NCBI GenBank assembly: GCA_021604725.1
Contig: BQJN01000003.1
Location: 2,416-66,415 of the forward strand
Reading direction: 5' to 3'
Length of the DNA stretch: 64,000 nucleotides
Origin: Lysobacteraceae bacterium
GTDB taxonomy: Bacteria > Pseudomonadota > Gammaproteobacteria > Xanthomonadales > BQJN01
Positions 1 through 9,588 of the stretch are shown here, piece by piece. The position numbers and the translations under genes are program-made. How positions within the stretch are numbered: the stretch's first letter is position 1; every line of letters starts with the position of its first letter. The notes beneath the pieces are model-generated. The model was not told where the DNA came from, did no database searches, and saw only the letters and a list, made by a program, of their open reading frames with translations.

Positions 1-2
1 AT

Positions 3-128
3 CACCCCGAAGGCGTTTGGACATTGCCACCGTCGTTGGAGCTGGGTGATACCGATCGAGAGAAGTATCTGGCTATTGGCGAGAGCGATCGCATGACACT
101 GCGTTTCGTCAAGCCGCCCGAACAATAA
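3..128 (+). CDS. C-terminal fragment of an unidentified protein (gene starts left of the window)
   Basis: Open frame runs in from the left edge and ends at TAA 126-128 (...GESDRMTLRFVKPPEQ*). No recognisable motif. Not in the ORF track because it is under 60 aa and has no start in the window. Confidence 0.3.
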   Translation, partial: HPEGVWTLPPSLELGDTDREKYLAIGESDRMTLRFVKPPEQ

Positions 129-146
129 GTAACAAGCACTTCGGCC

Positions 147-686
147 ATGTTGCTGGCTTTTAACAAGCCCTGGGGCGTGCTCAGTCAGTTTACCGACAAC
201 CAGGGCAGGCCGACATTGGCGGACTATATTGATCAGGCTGGCGTCTATGCCGCGGGCCGTCTGGATCGAGACAGTGAAGGGCTGTTGTTGTTGACCGATG
301 ATGGACGCCTGAAGGCCAGCATTGCCGATCGAGAGGCGGGTACTGAAAAACGCTACCTGGTGCAAGTCGAAGGCTTGCCCCAGGTCAGCCAACTGCAGCG
401 TTTGCAGCAAGGCGTGGTGGTCCAGGGGCAGAAGACCCGACCGGCGCAGGTTCGCCTGTTGTCGGCAAAGCCCGGATTTGTCTGGCCGCGTGATCCGCCG
501 ATTCGGGTGCGGCGCAAGATCCCGGATCGCTGGTTAGAGATCGCCATCACCGAGGGGCGCAATCGTCAGGTCAGGCGCATGGTGGCCAGTGTTGGCTTGC
601 CAGCGCTACGTTTGATTCGCCTTGGTATTGGGGCATGGACGCTAGACGGTTTGCTGCCTGGCCAGTGGCGCCAGCTGCTAGCTTGA
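147..686 (+). CDS. rluE: 23S rRNA pseudouridine synthase, RluE type (RsuA/RluE family)
   Basis: 179 aa, colinear with E. coli RluE as recalled: FNKPWGVLSQFTD, AAGRLDRDSEGLLLLTDDG (catalytic Asp motif), EGRNRQVRRM. It starts at the first ATG after the in-frame stop at 126-128. Confidence 0.85.
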   Translation: MLLAFNKPWGVLSQFTDNQGRPTLADYIDQAGVYAAGRLDRDSEGLLLLTDDGRLKASIADREAGTEKRYLVQVEGLPQVSQLQRLQQGVVVQGQKTRPAQVRLLSAKPGFVWPRDPPIRVRRKIPDRWLEIAITEGRNRQVRRMVASVGLPALRLIRLGIGAWTLDGLLPGQWRQLLA

Positions 687-721
687 GGTCAAGCAGAGCC
701 GCATTCGAATTGATCAGAGCT

Positions 722-1048
722 GCCCTAGCCTGCATTATTCATGAAGGCGGCCACCCATCGCCAGATACTTCAGTAAAAACAGCTGCTTGAGAACAATAAT
801 GAGCATGCCGGAAATGACCAGCGTGGCCTTTTCACTGCCAGGACGGATTGGCGTTGCATCTTGAGCGATCAACCTTGCCTGGGCACCCTTTGGTGCAGCC
901 ATCCATGGCGAAACGTTTGCACTTCGAAAGAACCCCAGCCTTGCCTTCCGTGGCAAGTCGTTCAGCGGGATCGAGGGACGTTAAGTCCCTCGTTCCGGCT
1001 CCGCTTCACCCCTGCCAGCGAACCTTCATGAATAATCCAGGCTAGGGC
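722..1048. mobile_element. MITE-like or invertible-segment-like element bounded by 26-nt inverted repeats
   Basis: 722-747 (gccctagcctgcattattcatgaagg) is the reverse complement of 1023-1048 at 25/26 positions. About 275 nt lie between the arms with no credible ORF. There is a perfect 8-bp/5-nt-loop hairpin at 972-992. CTAG lies at both ends (725-728, 1042-1045). No transposase or recombinase gene is present in the window. Confidence 0.35.
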
Positions 1049-1217
1049 TTTAGGACCCCTATATTTCTGCGGATCAAAAGCGACCCGAAATGGCAATGCC
1101 TACGCATATCGCGTGAGGGCGTAGTTTCGCAACAGTCTGTAATAGCCGTTGGCGCGCTAAACCGTTACTATGGGCGCCTGTTTTCGATAATCGAACCCGA
1201 ATTAAGCTCAAAAACTG

Positions 1218-2000
1218 ATGGACGGTTCCTCTGTAAGCCATGACAGCATCAGCCGTTATCCCTCGGCTGTAGCCCCACCAGCGACGGTTGGATCCGACGT
1301 TGGCGGGCGGCGTTTGGCTTTCGGTGTGGTGCCCGCCTATCGTCGCTATGAGTTACGTCAGGCGCGCTATCAAGACTTGATAGAGCCGATTCAGGCGGTT
1401 GCCGCAAGAAACGGTTTGATTGATGTGCTGGATCTGGGCAGCGGACATGGCTTTGCCAAACGCTTTGTAGACCATCACGCCATCCCGGCACGCTGGACCG
1501 GCGTTGAAATCTGCCCCAATCGTGCTGAAAGCTGTCGGTCGCTGGGCTATTCGGAAGTCATCGAAGAGCTCGACTTGGAGCGCGTCTCATTACCCTTTGA
1601 CAACGAAAGCTTTGATGTCGTTGTTGCCAGCCATGTTCTGGAGCATCTAGAGGATGCCGAAGCCAGCGTTGCGGAGTGGTTCAGGGTATTGAAGCCCGGT
1701 GGGCGCCTGTTGATTGGCGTACCCATGCACCTGGGCTTTGTTGCACGCTTTTCCAGCTGGCGGTATCGCCGTTCCGGCCGCCGACCATTTGGTCATTGCC
1801 ATTTTTTCTCGCAGAAATCTTTGGATGCCCTGCTGGCTGACTTTCCGGTCGTAGGGCTGCGTGGTTTTCGTTTGTTCTCCGCGCGCAAATGGTTGCCGCT
1901 GGAGGACTACAAGTGGTTCTATCGCTGGTCGATGCGGTTTGGCAAACGCTTTCCGGCTCTGACCGCAGAGGTCAATGTGGAGATTGAAAAGCCACTATGA
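1218..2000 (+). CDS. class I SAM-dependent methyltransferase
   Basis: 260 aa. SAM motif I VLDLGSGHG and a Methyltransf_11-like block VVASHVLEHL...LKPGGRLLIGVP. The start is uncertain because the N-terminal ~60 aa are featureless. Confidence 0.75.
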   Translation: MDGSSVSHDSISRYPSAVAPPATVGSDVGGRRLAFGVVPAYRRYELRQARYQDLIEPIQAVAARNGLIDVLDLGSGHGFAKRFVDHHAIPARWTGVEICPNRAESCRSLGYSEVIEELDLERVSLPFDNESFDVVVASHVLEHLEDAEASVAEWFRVLKPGGRLLIGVPMHLGFVARFSSWRYRRSGRRPFGHCHFFSQKSLDALLADFPVVGLRGFRLFSARKWLPLEDYKWFYRWSMRFGKRFPALTAEVNVEIEKPL

Positions 2001-3139
2001 CCTGGGGTCGTATCGAGGAAACGACACCGTTGCTACCCGAGAGCATTGACTGGATTGGCCTGAACCAGATGCCGGGTGTTCAGTTTCTGGCCGAATACAG
2101 AATTACTACCGCACTGCTTTTCATCGTCATCGGCTGGCTGTTGGCGCGACTGGGCCGGATGATTTTTCGGCGCATCACGGGCACGCTGGCAGCAAGAACC
2201 CAAACTGCCGTCGATGACAAGGTATTCGAACTGGTTGAGCACCCGATCTACTCAACCTTGTTTTTGGGCGGCCTGGCACTAGCCATCGCGGCGCTGGAAT
2301 TGCCTGAAGACGCCACTGATATCAGTCTGAAAGTTCTCGGCTCGATGCTCGTTGTCGCCTGGCTACGAGCGCTGTTTCCAGTATTTAGTTTGCTTTTGAC
2401 TGCGCTTAGCCGCAATCGGCATCGCTTCATGCTGGTCGAAGCGCGCACCCTGCCACTGTTCGACATGCTGGGGAAAATCTTCCTGATCGCCTTCGGCAGC
2501 TACGGTCTGCTGCTGATATGGGGTATCGATGTCACCGCCTGGCTGGCCTCAGCCGGTATTGTTGGTGTGGCGCTTGGCTTTGCCGCCAAAGACACATTGG
2601 CCAACCTGTTTTCCGGGTTCTTCATCGTTGCCGATACCCCGTACAAGATTGGCGACTACATTGTCTTGGATACCGGCGATCGAGGCGAGGTGACCCATGT
2701 TGGACTGCGTTCCACTCGGCTGAAGACCAGAGATGACATCGAAGTCACCTTGCCCAATGCTGTTATCGCCAATGCCAAGATCATCAACGAAAGCGGTGGT
2801 GGTACAGAACGTTCAAGGTTACGTATTCGCGTCGGTGTTGCCTACAGCACGGACGTTGACCATGTCGTCGATGTGCTGATGCAAATTTCCAACGATATTT
2901 CGGACGTATGCAAGGTGCCAGAGGCTCGCGTGCGTATGCGCGGATTTGGTGATTCGTCGATGGATTTTGATCTATTGTGCTGGATTGACCATCCGGCCGA
3001 CCGCGGCAGGGTCACGCACGAGCTGTATATGGAGACTGCTCGACGCTTCGCCAAAGAAGGCATCGAGATACCGTTTCCACAACGTGATTTGTGGGTTCGC
3101 AGTCCGGTCGACCTGGCATCAAACGAGCAGGAAAAATAG
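1997..3139 (+). CDS. mechanosensitive ion channel, MscS family
   Basis: 380 aa. Several N-terminal TM helices are followed by the MscS-type pore helix and beta-domain: LANLFSGFFIVADTPYKIGDYI...GEVTHVGLRSTRLKTRDDIEVTLPN. ATGA overlap with the upstream methyltransferase gene. Confidence 0.85.
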   Translation: MTWGRIEETTPLLPESIDWIGLNQMPGVQFLAEYRITTALLFIVIGWLLARLGRMIFRRITGTLAARTQTAVDDKVFELVEHPIYSTLFLGGLALAIAALELPEDATDISLKVLGSMLVVAWLRALFPVFSLLLTALSRNRHRFMLVEARTLPLFDMLGKIFLIAFGSYGLLLIWGIDVTAWLASAGIVGVALGFAAKDTLANLFSGFFIVADTPYKIGDYIVLDTGDRGEVTHVGLRSTRLKTRDDIEVTLPNAVIANAKIINESGGGTERSRLRIRVGVAYSTDVDHVVDVLMQISNDISDVCKVPEARVRMRGFGDSSMDFDLLCWIDHPADRGRVTHELYMETARRFAKEGIEIPFPQRDLWVRSPVDLASNEQEK

Positions 3140-3144
3140 CCTTC

Positions 3145-4170
3145 TCATTCTGTGACCGTCGCTTCAAAATTCCGTAGTGCCTGATCTTCAATATTCCACG
3201 GCACCACAAAGCGGTACATGTCGTTCTCGAAAGGCCAGCGGTGGAACTCGAACCCTGCCGCCAATAGCTTGTCGGCAAGCGCTTGATCCATCACAGCGAA
3301 AACTTCGTTGATATCCACCGGATGTACCACCGACGCCGCGGGGTGAGCGGCCAATGCTTCGGCAATGCGTGAGGCGCCAGCGTTTGCCGATCGCGCCAGA
3401 TTCAACCACAAGTCATCCTTGATGATGGCTGCCAACTGAGCTGAGCAATAACGCATCTTGCTTAAGAGGTGACCGCCCTTCATGCGGCGTTTGCCGAAAC
3501 CTTCCGCCATGGCAGGATCGAAAAAAATCAATGCCTCTGCGCCTATCGTTCCGTTTTTGGTCGCGCCAAACGACAACACATCAACTCCTGCGCGCCAGGT
3601 CATATCCGCTGGCGAGCAGTTCAGGCTGGCCACGGCATTGGCCAGTCGCGCGCCGTCCATGTGCACCACCATGCCGCGTTGTCGCGCCAGACCGCAAAGT
3701 TGTTGCAGCTGCGCTAGGTGGTAGACGCTGCCGCACTCCGTAGCTTGGGTAATCGATAGCGTTGAAATTTTCGGCTCGTGGTCGCCCTTGAATCCGTACA
3801 TCGCCAGTGTTTGCTCGAACGCTGACAGATCGATCCGGCCGTGATCGCCATCGATTGGAATCAATTTTGCCCCCGATGAGAAGAACTCTGGAGCGCCGCA
3901 TTCGTCGACGTGGATGTGCGCTTGCGTATGGCATAGAACGGAGCCATGCGGAGGCGTCACCTGGGCCAGGCCAAGGCTGTTTGCTGCTGTTCCTGTAGCC
4001 AGCGGAAAGACTCGGCATTCCGTCTCGAACAACTCCGAGAATTGATTGTCCAGAGCCACGGTGAATCTATCGGCACCGTAAGCATGCGCAGAGTCGCTGT
4101 TCGCCTCGATCAAAGCATCGATGATTTCCGGTGCGGCCGGTGATTCATTGTCGCTGCGGAAATTGGTCAT
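3145..4170 (-). CDS. ltaE: low-specificity L-threonine aldolase (beta-eliminating lyase family, PLP-dependent)
   Basis: N-terminal FRSDN motif, GTAANSL, and the PLP-lysine region SFGATKNG. The ATG ending at 4170 overlaps the upstream gene's stop (ATGA at 4167-4170), so I prefer it to the track start at 4191. Confidence 0.8.
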   Translation of the reverse strand: MTNFRSDNESPAAPEIIDALIEANSDSAHAYGADRFTVALDNQFSELFETECRVFPLATGTAANSLGLAQVTPPHGSVLCHTQAHIHVDECGAPEFFSSGAKLIPIDGDHGRIDLSAFEQTLAMYGFKGDHEPKISTLSITQATECGSVYHLAQLQQLCGLARQRGMVVHMDGARLANAVASLNCSPADMTWRAGVDVLSFGATKNGTIGAEALIFFDPAMAEGFGKRRMKGGHLLSKMRYCSAQLAAIIKDDLWLNLARSANAGASRIAEALAAHPAASVVHPVDINEVFAVMDQALADKLLAAGFEFHRWPFENDMYRFVVPWNIEDQALRNFEATVTE

Positions 4171-6140
4171 CGTGATTGGCTCCAGTACCAATTGGTTATG
4201 GCTTGCTCAGCGATTTGCTGGCGATCTCTGGGCAACACAAAGCCTTCCTCAATCAGCTCGTCGATGGCGACCTGGACTTTCTGCCGATAGTCAACCTCGT
4301 CGGCATACAGCTCGTTCAAAGGCGTACGCCAGTCGCCCTGGGTGACCATCTGGGGGATGGGTGTAACGGTGCCATGGAAGTCATCCATCTCGAATGCATC
4401 ACCATTGTCGAATCGCAAGGCCCAAGGCAGGAAGCTGGCCACAGGAACACGAACCTCCACGTTCCTGACCCCGCCCATCTCGTTGCCGCTCAGATCCAGT
4501 TGCGGCACCAGCACACCGAAGGGTGGTCCAACATTTGGGGGTTGCTTGTCCACAATGCCTTGCGACCAGCGGGGACCATAGTCAACGCGATGCGCCAGGT
4601 GGAGCTGGTGTGGACGCCTAACACCATCCACGGTACGCCAACGGTATTGCTCTATGGGGACCAGTTGTTGTTTGTCGATCCGCGGGTACTGAGAGTTTGG
4701 CGGGGCCTGGTCTTCGGCGACCCAATTGACCATATGGCCGGCCAAAGCTCGCAGGTTGACGAGAAAGTTTAGCCAGTTGCCGCGCACGGCCTTGGTGCGA
4801 GGAATCTCTTGCGGCGTACTGCGATGGACGTAATGTTGCGCCCCGGCCAGGTGATAAAGGCGTTCGTTCGGTAGCAAGTCGACGTCGCTGGTTCCATCCG
4901 GTGTAGTGTGCAGCAGCGAGGCCGCCCTGCCCCAATACTCGTAACCGGTGTTGGTATACATCACCTTGGGGCGTTTCCGTTCGGCGTATCGCATAAACAG
5001 CCCACCGGTGCCGGCATTGAAGGGGCCTTGCAATGGGTCGGTTTGCTGGGCACCAGAGAATGGAAACAGGTCGGTGGGGTAGTAAAATGCAGAGTAGCGG
5101 TGGCCGTCTCTTGAAGGTTGAGCAAAACGGTGGTTGAAACTGCCTCGCCCGGCGCCCGCGGTGTGAATCCATACGCCATCGAAAACTTGTCGCTTGCGCT
5201 CGTCCAGGTTAAAACCCTGGTACAGAAAATGTCGCAGGAATCTGCCAGTTTGAGAAATGCCGATAGCGATGGTCTTGTTGACTCGCGCCGGGCTGTCACG
5301 GTCGTTTTTTAGAAAGCTGACAAAATCTCGCACTGCTGCCAGCCCCATTCCAACCACAACGGGGTCGCGGCTTGGGTACACAAGTTCGTACACTCCGCCG
5401 CCCTTGAACCCGCTTTCACTCTCAACGCTGGTCCGGTCAGCTGCAATGGTCCACTGCTCGGCAGGCACCACTTTGCGATCGCCATCGCGCGCGGTTCGCC
5501 AGGTCAGGAGCATTTGGGTCGGATCATCAATGATTGGATAGGCGATGTGGTTGCGGTGTGCAACGTCGAGCGTGTTTGTCCGCGCCGTCATGGTCCAGTC
5601 CGATCGCACCAGGCCAGTTAAGGATTGACCGTCCTCGCCACGTGCAATCGGGGCTGTCAGGCGCATACGGTTTGGCACTGTCGGCACGTCGGCTTGCCAG
5701 CCGATCCAGACCAGGGTCAGGCCCAGCTCCATCAAATAACCGTCACCGAACTCATCGGATTGGGTCAGCGATGCGCTGCCATTGGTCGCGCCGTTGAAGT
5801 ATCGCAGCATCGCTTTGCCGCCCCGATTGGGGATTTCGACCAACGCAATCGATGCGTCCTGATCTTCGTCCACAGGTCGCAGGATGGCGAAGTCGGCTAT
5901 TGCTGTGACCAGGCCGTCGCGGTTTTTGGGTGCCAGCTTCAGATCAACGATCTGCCAGTTGTCGCGGTCATCGGGATCTAGGCCGATCACGACCTGGCCG
6001 ATGACTCGCTCATAGGGGCGCTGCTCGGCTAGGCTGTAATCGACCGGAGCTCGGTCTGTTACATGTACAGCGAGTACTTTGCCTTGCGCTGCTGTTGCAC
6101 TGCAGCAGGTAACAACGATCAGGGCTAGGGTTCGAAGCAT
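4167..6140 (-). CDS. secreted protein with an alpha/beta-hydrolase-like domain, function unknown
   Basis: Signal peptide MLRTLALIVVTCCSATAAQG (internal Met of the 666-aa track ORF). Candidate nucleophile elbow GISQTG (G-x-S-x-G). No other nameable motif. Confidence 0.6.
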   Translation of the reverse strand: MLRTLALIVVTCCSATAAQGKVLAVHVTDRAPVDYSLAEQRPYERVIGQVVIGLDPDDRDNWQIVDLKLAPKNRDGLVTAIADFAILRPVDEDQDASIALVEIPNRGGKAMLRYFNGATNGSASLTQSDEFGDGYLMELGLTLVWIGWQADVPTVPNRMRLTAPIARGEDGQSLTGLVRSDWTMTARTNTLDVAHRNHIAYPIIDDPTQMLLTWRTARDGDRKVVPAEQWTIAADRTSVESESGFKGGGVYELVYPSRDPVVVGMGLAAVRDFVSFLKNDRDSPARVNKTIAIGISQTGRFLRHFLYQGFNLDERKRQVFDGVWIHTAGAGRGSFNHRFAQPSRDGHRYSAFYYPTDLFPFSGAQQTDPLQGPFNAGTGGLFMRYAERKRPKVMYTNTGYEYWGRAASLLHTTPDGTSDVDLLPNERLYHLAGAQHYVHRSTPQEIPRTKAVRGNWLNFLVNLRALAGHMVNWVAEDQAPPNSQYPRIDKQQLVPIEQYRWRTVDGVRRPHQLHLAHRVDYGPRWSQGIVDKQPPNVGPPFGVLVPQLDLSGNEMGGVRNVEVRVPVASFLPWALRFDNGDAFEMDDFHGTVTPIPQMVTQGDWRTPLNELYADEVDYRQKVQVAIDELIEEGFVLPRDRQQIAEQAITNWYWSQSR

Positions 6141-6243
6141 GGTGGGTCCCGATTGAAGGTAAGGCAATTGGTGTAACAGAAGTATGCCAGCGTCAACGGT
6201 CCCGTGGTATGTTCACAGGCCGTTTCAGAACCATATTGAGCCG

Positions 6244-7509
6244 ATGCCCACCAGAGCGTTTATTTTTCTGCTGATCTGTTTGCTGCCGCTGGCTTGTACC
6301 GACAGTGGTACGTCGACGGGGGCAGCAAATGACCGGGAGGCTGAGCCGCTAAACATAGAGGGGAGTTGGCGAGGCGTCTTGCGTTCCCCGGGCGGAGAGC
6401 TGCCGTTTGGTGTCGAGGTTAGTCGTCAAGAAGATGGCTATTCGGCGGTGATTGTGAACGGGGATGAAAGGGTGGAGACATCTGGTGTCGGGGTGATTGG
6501 TCGGCGTGTCGTGATTAATTTCGAATGGTATGACGCTGAGATCAGTGCGCGCGTTGCTGCCGACGGACAGTCAATGACTGGTCATTGGCGCAAGACTGCG
6601 GCCGAAGAGGAAGACTCGACGTTGCCGTTCACTGCAAGCCGTACTCAGTCTTTCCGATTTACTCCAGCGACCGAGCGCGTGTTTCCGGCAAAAGATATTG
6701 GTGGGCGCTGGGCTGTGACCTTTACTGACGACGAGTCCAGCGAGCTTGCAGTGGGCGAGTTTCAACAACAAGGCGACCGGGTATTGGGCACCTTTTTAAC
6801 GCCTACTGGTGACTACCGTTATTTGGAGGGCGACTTTGTGGGCTCCAGATTGCGCTTGTCGACCTTTGACGGCGCCCACGCCTTTCTGTTCACGGCCGAG
6901 TTACAGGCCGATGGCTCGCTGCTTGGCGATTTCTATTCGCGCGACACCTATCACGCGACGTGGGTGGGCAATCGCGACCCTGATGCCTCATTGCCGGACG
7001 CATGGACTCAGGTGGAGCTTTCAAATCAGCTCGGTCAATTCCGCTTTTCTTTTGAGAACATTGATGGTCAGCTTATGACCGACCAGGACCCAACCTTGCA
7101 AGGGAAGGCTCGTCTGATCGTTCTGTTCGGCACCTGGTGCCCCAACTGCAACGACGAAGCCCCCGTGCTGGTGGACTGGTACGACCGATACCGTGCCCAA
7201 GGCTTGGAGATTGTTGGCCTTGCCTTTGAGTACAGCGGTGATATTGAGCGCGATCGGCAGATGTTAAAGCGCTATCGGGAACGCCATGGGATTGAGTTTC
7301 CGCTACTCCTGGCCGGGACCAGCGACAAGCTTGATGCTGCCGAAGTGCTACCGGATATTGACAAAGTCTTGGCCTACCCGACGACGATTTTTGTTGGTCG
7401 TGATGGCCAAGTGCAGGGCATTCATTCGGGCTTTGCAGGTCCCGGGACCGGTGAGCACTATGTCGAACTGGTGACCGAGCTGGAAGCAAGAATTCAGGCG
7501 ATGCTGTAG
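6244..7509 (+). CDS. TlpA/ResA-like thiol:disulfide oxidoreductase lipoprotein
   Basis: Lipobox LLPLAC after the internal Met at 6244. C-terminal thioredoxin fold with active site WCPNC (LIVLFGTWCPNCNDEAP). The N-terminal ~250 aa form an extra beta-rich domain. Confidence 0.8.
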   Translation: MPTRAFIFLLICLLPLACTDSGTSTGAANDREAEPLNIEGSWRGVLRSPGGELPFGVEVSRQEDGYSAVIVNGDERVETSGVGVIGRRVVINFEWYDAEISARVAADGQSMTGHWRKTAAEEEDSTLPFTASRTQSFRFTPATERVFPAKDIGGRWAVTFTDDESSELAVGEFQQQGDRVLGTFLTPTGDYRYLEGDFVGSRLRLSTFDGAHAFLFTAELQADGSLLGDFYSRDTYHATWVGNRDPDASLPDAWTQVELSNQLGQFRFSFENIDGQLMTDQDPTLQGKARLIVLFGTWCPNCNDEAPVLVDWYDRYRAQGLEIVGLAFEYSGDIERDRQMLKRYRERHGIEFPLLLAGTSDKLDAAEVLPDIDKVLAYPTTIFVGRDGQVQGIHSGFAGPGTGEHYVELVTELEARIQAML

Positions 7510-7524
7510 CCGGCGCTTGAACCC

Positions 7525-8523
7525 TTAAGGAAGCTCCAGGTCGACCGTTATGCCAAGCTGCTTGGCGCTATCGATGGCCGTGTCGACGGCGATCAGCTCA
7601 CCCTCATACATCATCGCTTCCCAAAATTTCCAGTCATAAATTTCGAGCATTTGTGCAGGCGACAGCTGGCATTGCAATTCGAAGTTGAGCCGTGACTGCT
7701 TCTCCTTTTCAGCATAGCGATGGTCAATATGGGCTTGCTGTCGCCTTTTGAGGTCGTAATGGGCCAGTTCTGTGTGCGCGAACTCGATATCGATATTGGC
7801 CGTAGAATCAACTAGCTTGAGCAATGCATTCCGGCAGATAGCCACCTTGTCGGTTCGCAGATGACCGATCGCGGGCTCTGACTGGCAAAGCTGTAGCAAC
7901 TCCGTGTAGGACGGAATGGCGACCGCGAGAATTACCGCGTTCATGTTGATGTATTGTGCGTTGTTGGTCGGCTCCTCATCGCCTTGGCTGTTTGGAAATA
8001 CCGAGGCCAATAGTTGCAGGGCGGACATATAAGGGTTTTCGATGCCTGGCGCCTCGGTCGCTCGCTGCATCGCCGCGTACCCAGCATCGATGTCTCCGCG
8101 CATCCAGGCCAGGCGCGCCAGGTTGAGCCAGGTCCATGCGTTGTCCGGGGCGCCGGCAATGATTTGCTGTTCCAGCGGCTCTGCACACAACGAGCTATAG
8201 GTTTGTCCATTCTTGATGCAGTTTTCAGCCACAGTGCTGAGCAGAAACGGGTGTGGTCCAACGGCCGACCAGCCGGCCTCCAACAACGCGGCTTCATCCT
8301 CGGTGCTGCGCTGGGTCGATCCGAGGAAACCGGCGACCAGCAACATCTTGGGATCATGGCCTTGGGCCAATAGTTGATGGGCATTGGAGCGAATAAACTG
8401 GTCGAACGAGACCTCGTCCTTGTCGCCAAAGGCTGCGGCATATTCGGCGTCGGTAGCCTGGTAGCAGTCTTCGTAGGGTGTTTGTGCCGACAGCACCGTC
8501 AGCATTGCGATGGCAACGATCAT
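7525..8523 (-). CDS. hypothetical exported helical protein (paralog A of a tandem pair)
   Basis: 332 aa with a hydrophobic N-terminus. Shares blocks with the gene immediately upstream (CAEPLEQQIIAGAPDNAWTWLNLARLAW vs CGQTWADQLVAIDSDNGWAHLHAAHQAW). ATGA start/stop overlap at 8520-8523. Confidence 0.6.
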   Translation of the reverse strand: MIVAIAMLTVLSAQTPYEDCYQATDAEYAAAFGDKDEVSFDQFIRSNAHQLLAQGHDPKMLLVAGFLGSTQRSTEDEAALLEAGWSAVGPHPFLLSTVAENCIKNGQTYSSLCAEPLEQQIIAGAPDNAWTWLNLARLAWMRGDIDAGYAAMQRATEAPGIENPYMSALQLLASVFPNSQGDEEPTNNAQYINMNAVILAVAIPSYTELLQLCQSEPAIGHLRTDKVAICRNALLKLVDSTANIDIEFAHTELAHYDLKRRQQAHIDHRYAEKEKQSRLNFELQCQLSPAQMLEIYDWKFWEAMMYEGELIAVDTAIDSAKQLGITVDLELP

Positions 8524-9515
8524 GGTGAAGTACTCTGCGCTGCGGTTTCCTGCAGGATACGCAGTAGCTGTGCCGGCGGCAGTGTTGACTGCTTCAAGAA
8601 AAAATCGCTGGGCAGTGCCTTGTCACAGAAAAGGCGTTGTTGCAGATCGTTTAGTTGTTCATTGAGTGCAGTGACTCGCTTGGTATCCAGGTCCTGATCA
8701 GACCGTTCGAAAACCGTCATCCCGAACCGGGCCGTAGTCGTCGGTGTTTCGTCGATCAGGCGTTGCGCCACACTCAGACAACCCTCCCCCGGATCGTCAT
8801 TGCACATTGCCAGCAGATTTGGCATCCATACCGCCATCGATATGCCTGCTTTAAGTAGATATCGCCCCCAGTCTTCGCCTCCCGGCATGGCCGCGTCAAC
8901 GCTCTGATCAATCGCGTCATCGATGGCTATCCAATAGGGCGACATGTGATCGGCGACCACAGCGGCGGCAAGGTGATCGAATGCCCGTGAGGGCGTTTCG
9001 GCAAGCCAGGCTTGATGCGCCGCGTGCAGGTGGGCCCAGCCGTTGTCACTGTCGATTGCGACCAGCTGGTCTGCCCAGGTTTGTCCACACAGTGGGCTCC
9101 AGCGGTCGTCTTTACCCTGACAGTGCAGCAACACACGTTCCAGTACCACTGGCTGGTTGGGCCAACGCGCCACGGCGGCCTCAAGAATCGGCGCTGTCAG
9201 TGGTTCATTGCCGGTTAACAGCATTGTGCTCAGTCGCAGTTGTTCATCTGGCCATTGCGACGGTGGTGAGTTGGGGTGTTCGAACAACTGCGCACTTGCA
9301 CGCTCTAGCCGAGCGGAATGGGAAGCGTCCTGTTCCGCTATCCGCAGCAAGGGGCAATCGTTCCAGCCAAGGCTCGGGGTTCCGGCCAGTGCATGCAGAG
9401 CGGCCAGGGCAATCAGTCCATTCATCCAGGGCTCCGTTGAAATCGCCCGGCGAGCTTGCCAGACGCGGTCGCAAATGACGAGTGCAACAAGTAATAAGAG
9501 GCGACTCGCTTCCAT
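8520..9515 (-). CDS. hypothetical exported helical protein (paralog B of a tandem pair)
   Basis: 331 aa, the same length class as its downstream neighbour, with colinear motifs. The start is uncertain; an internal Met at MNGLIALAALHALAG also looks like a signal peptide. Confidence 0.6.
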   Translation of the reverse strand: MEASRLLLLVALVICDRVWQARRAISTEPWMNGLIALAALHALAGTPSLGWNDCPLLRIAEQDASHSARLERASAQLFEHPNSPPSQWPDEQLRLSTMLLTGNEPLTAPILEAAVARWPNQPVVLERVLLHCQGKDDRWSPLCGQTWADQLVAIDSDNGWAHLHAAHQAWLAETPSRAFDHLAAAVVADHMSPYWIAIDDAIDQSVDAAMPGGEDWGRYLLKAGISMAVWMPNLLAMCNDDPGEGCLSVAQRLIDETPTTTARFGMTVFERSDQDLDTKRVTALNEQLNDLQQRLFCDKALPSDFFLKQSTLPPAQLLRILQETAAQSTSP

Positions 9516-9588
9516 TCTTCACGGGTGTTAGCACCTTGAATTGTCGCGTCACGTCAACGCCGCGCGGTATAGTGTGCCGTATAAGCCT

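Noticed and set aside
735-1045. Track ORFs 735-956 (-) and 848-1045 (+) as genes
   Set aside because: Both lie entirely inside the inverted-repeat-bounded segment, overlap each other, and lack SD sequences and motifs. I treat the region as non-coding.
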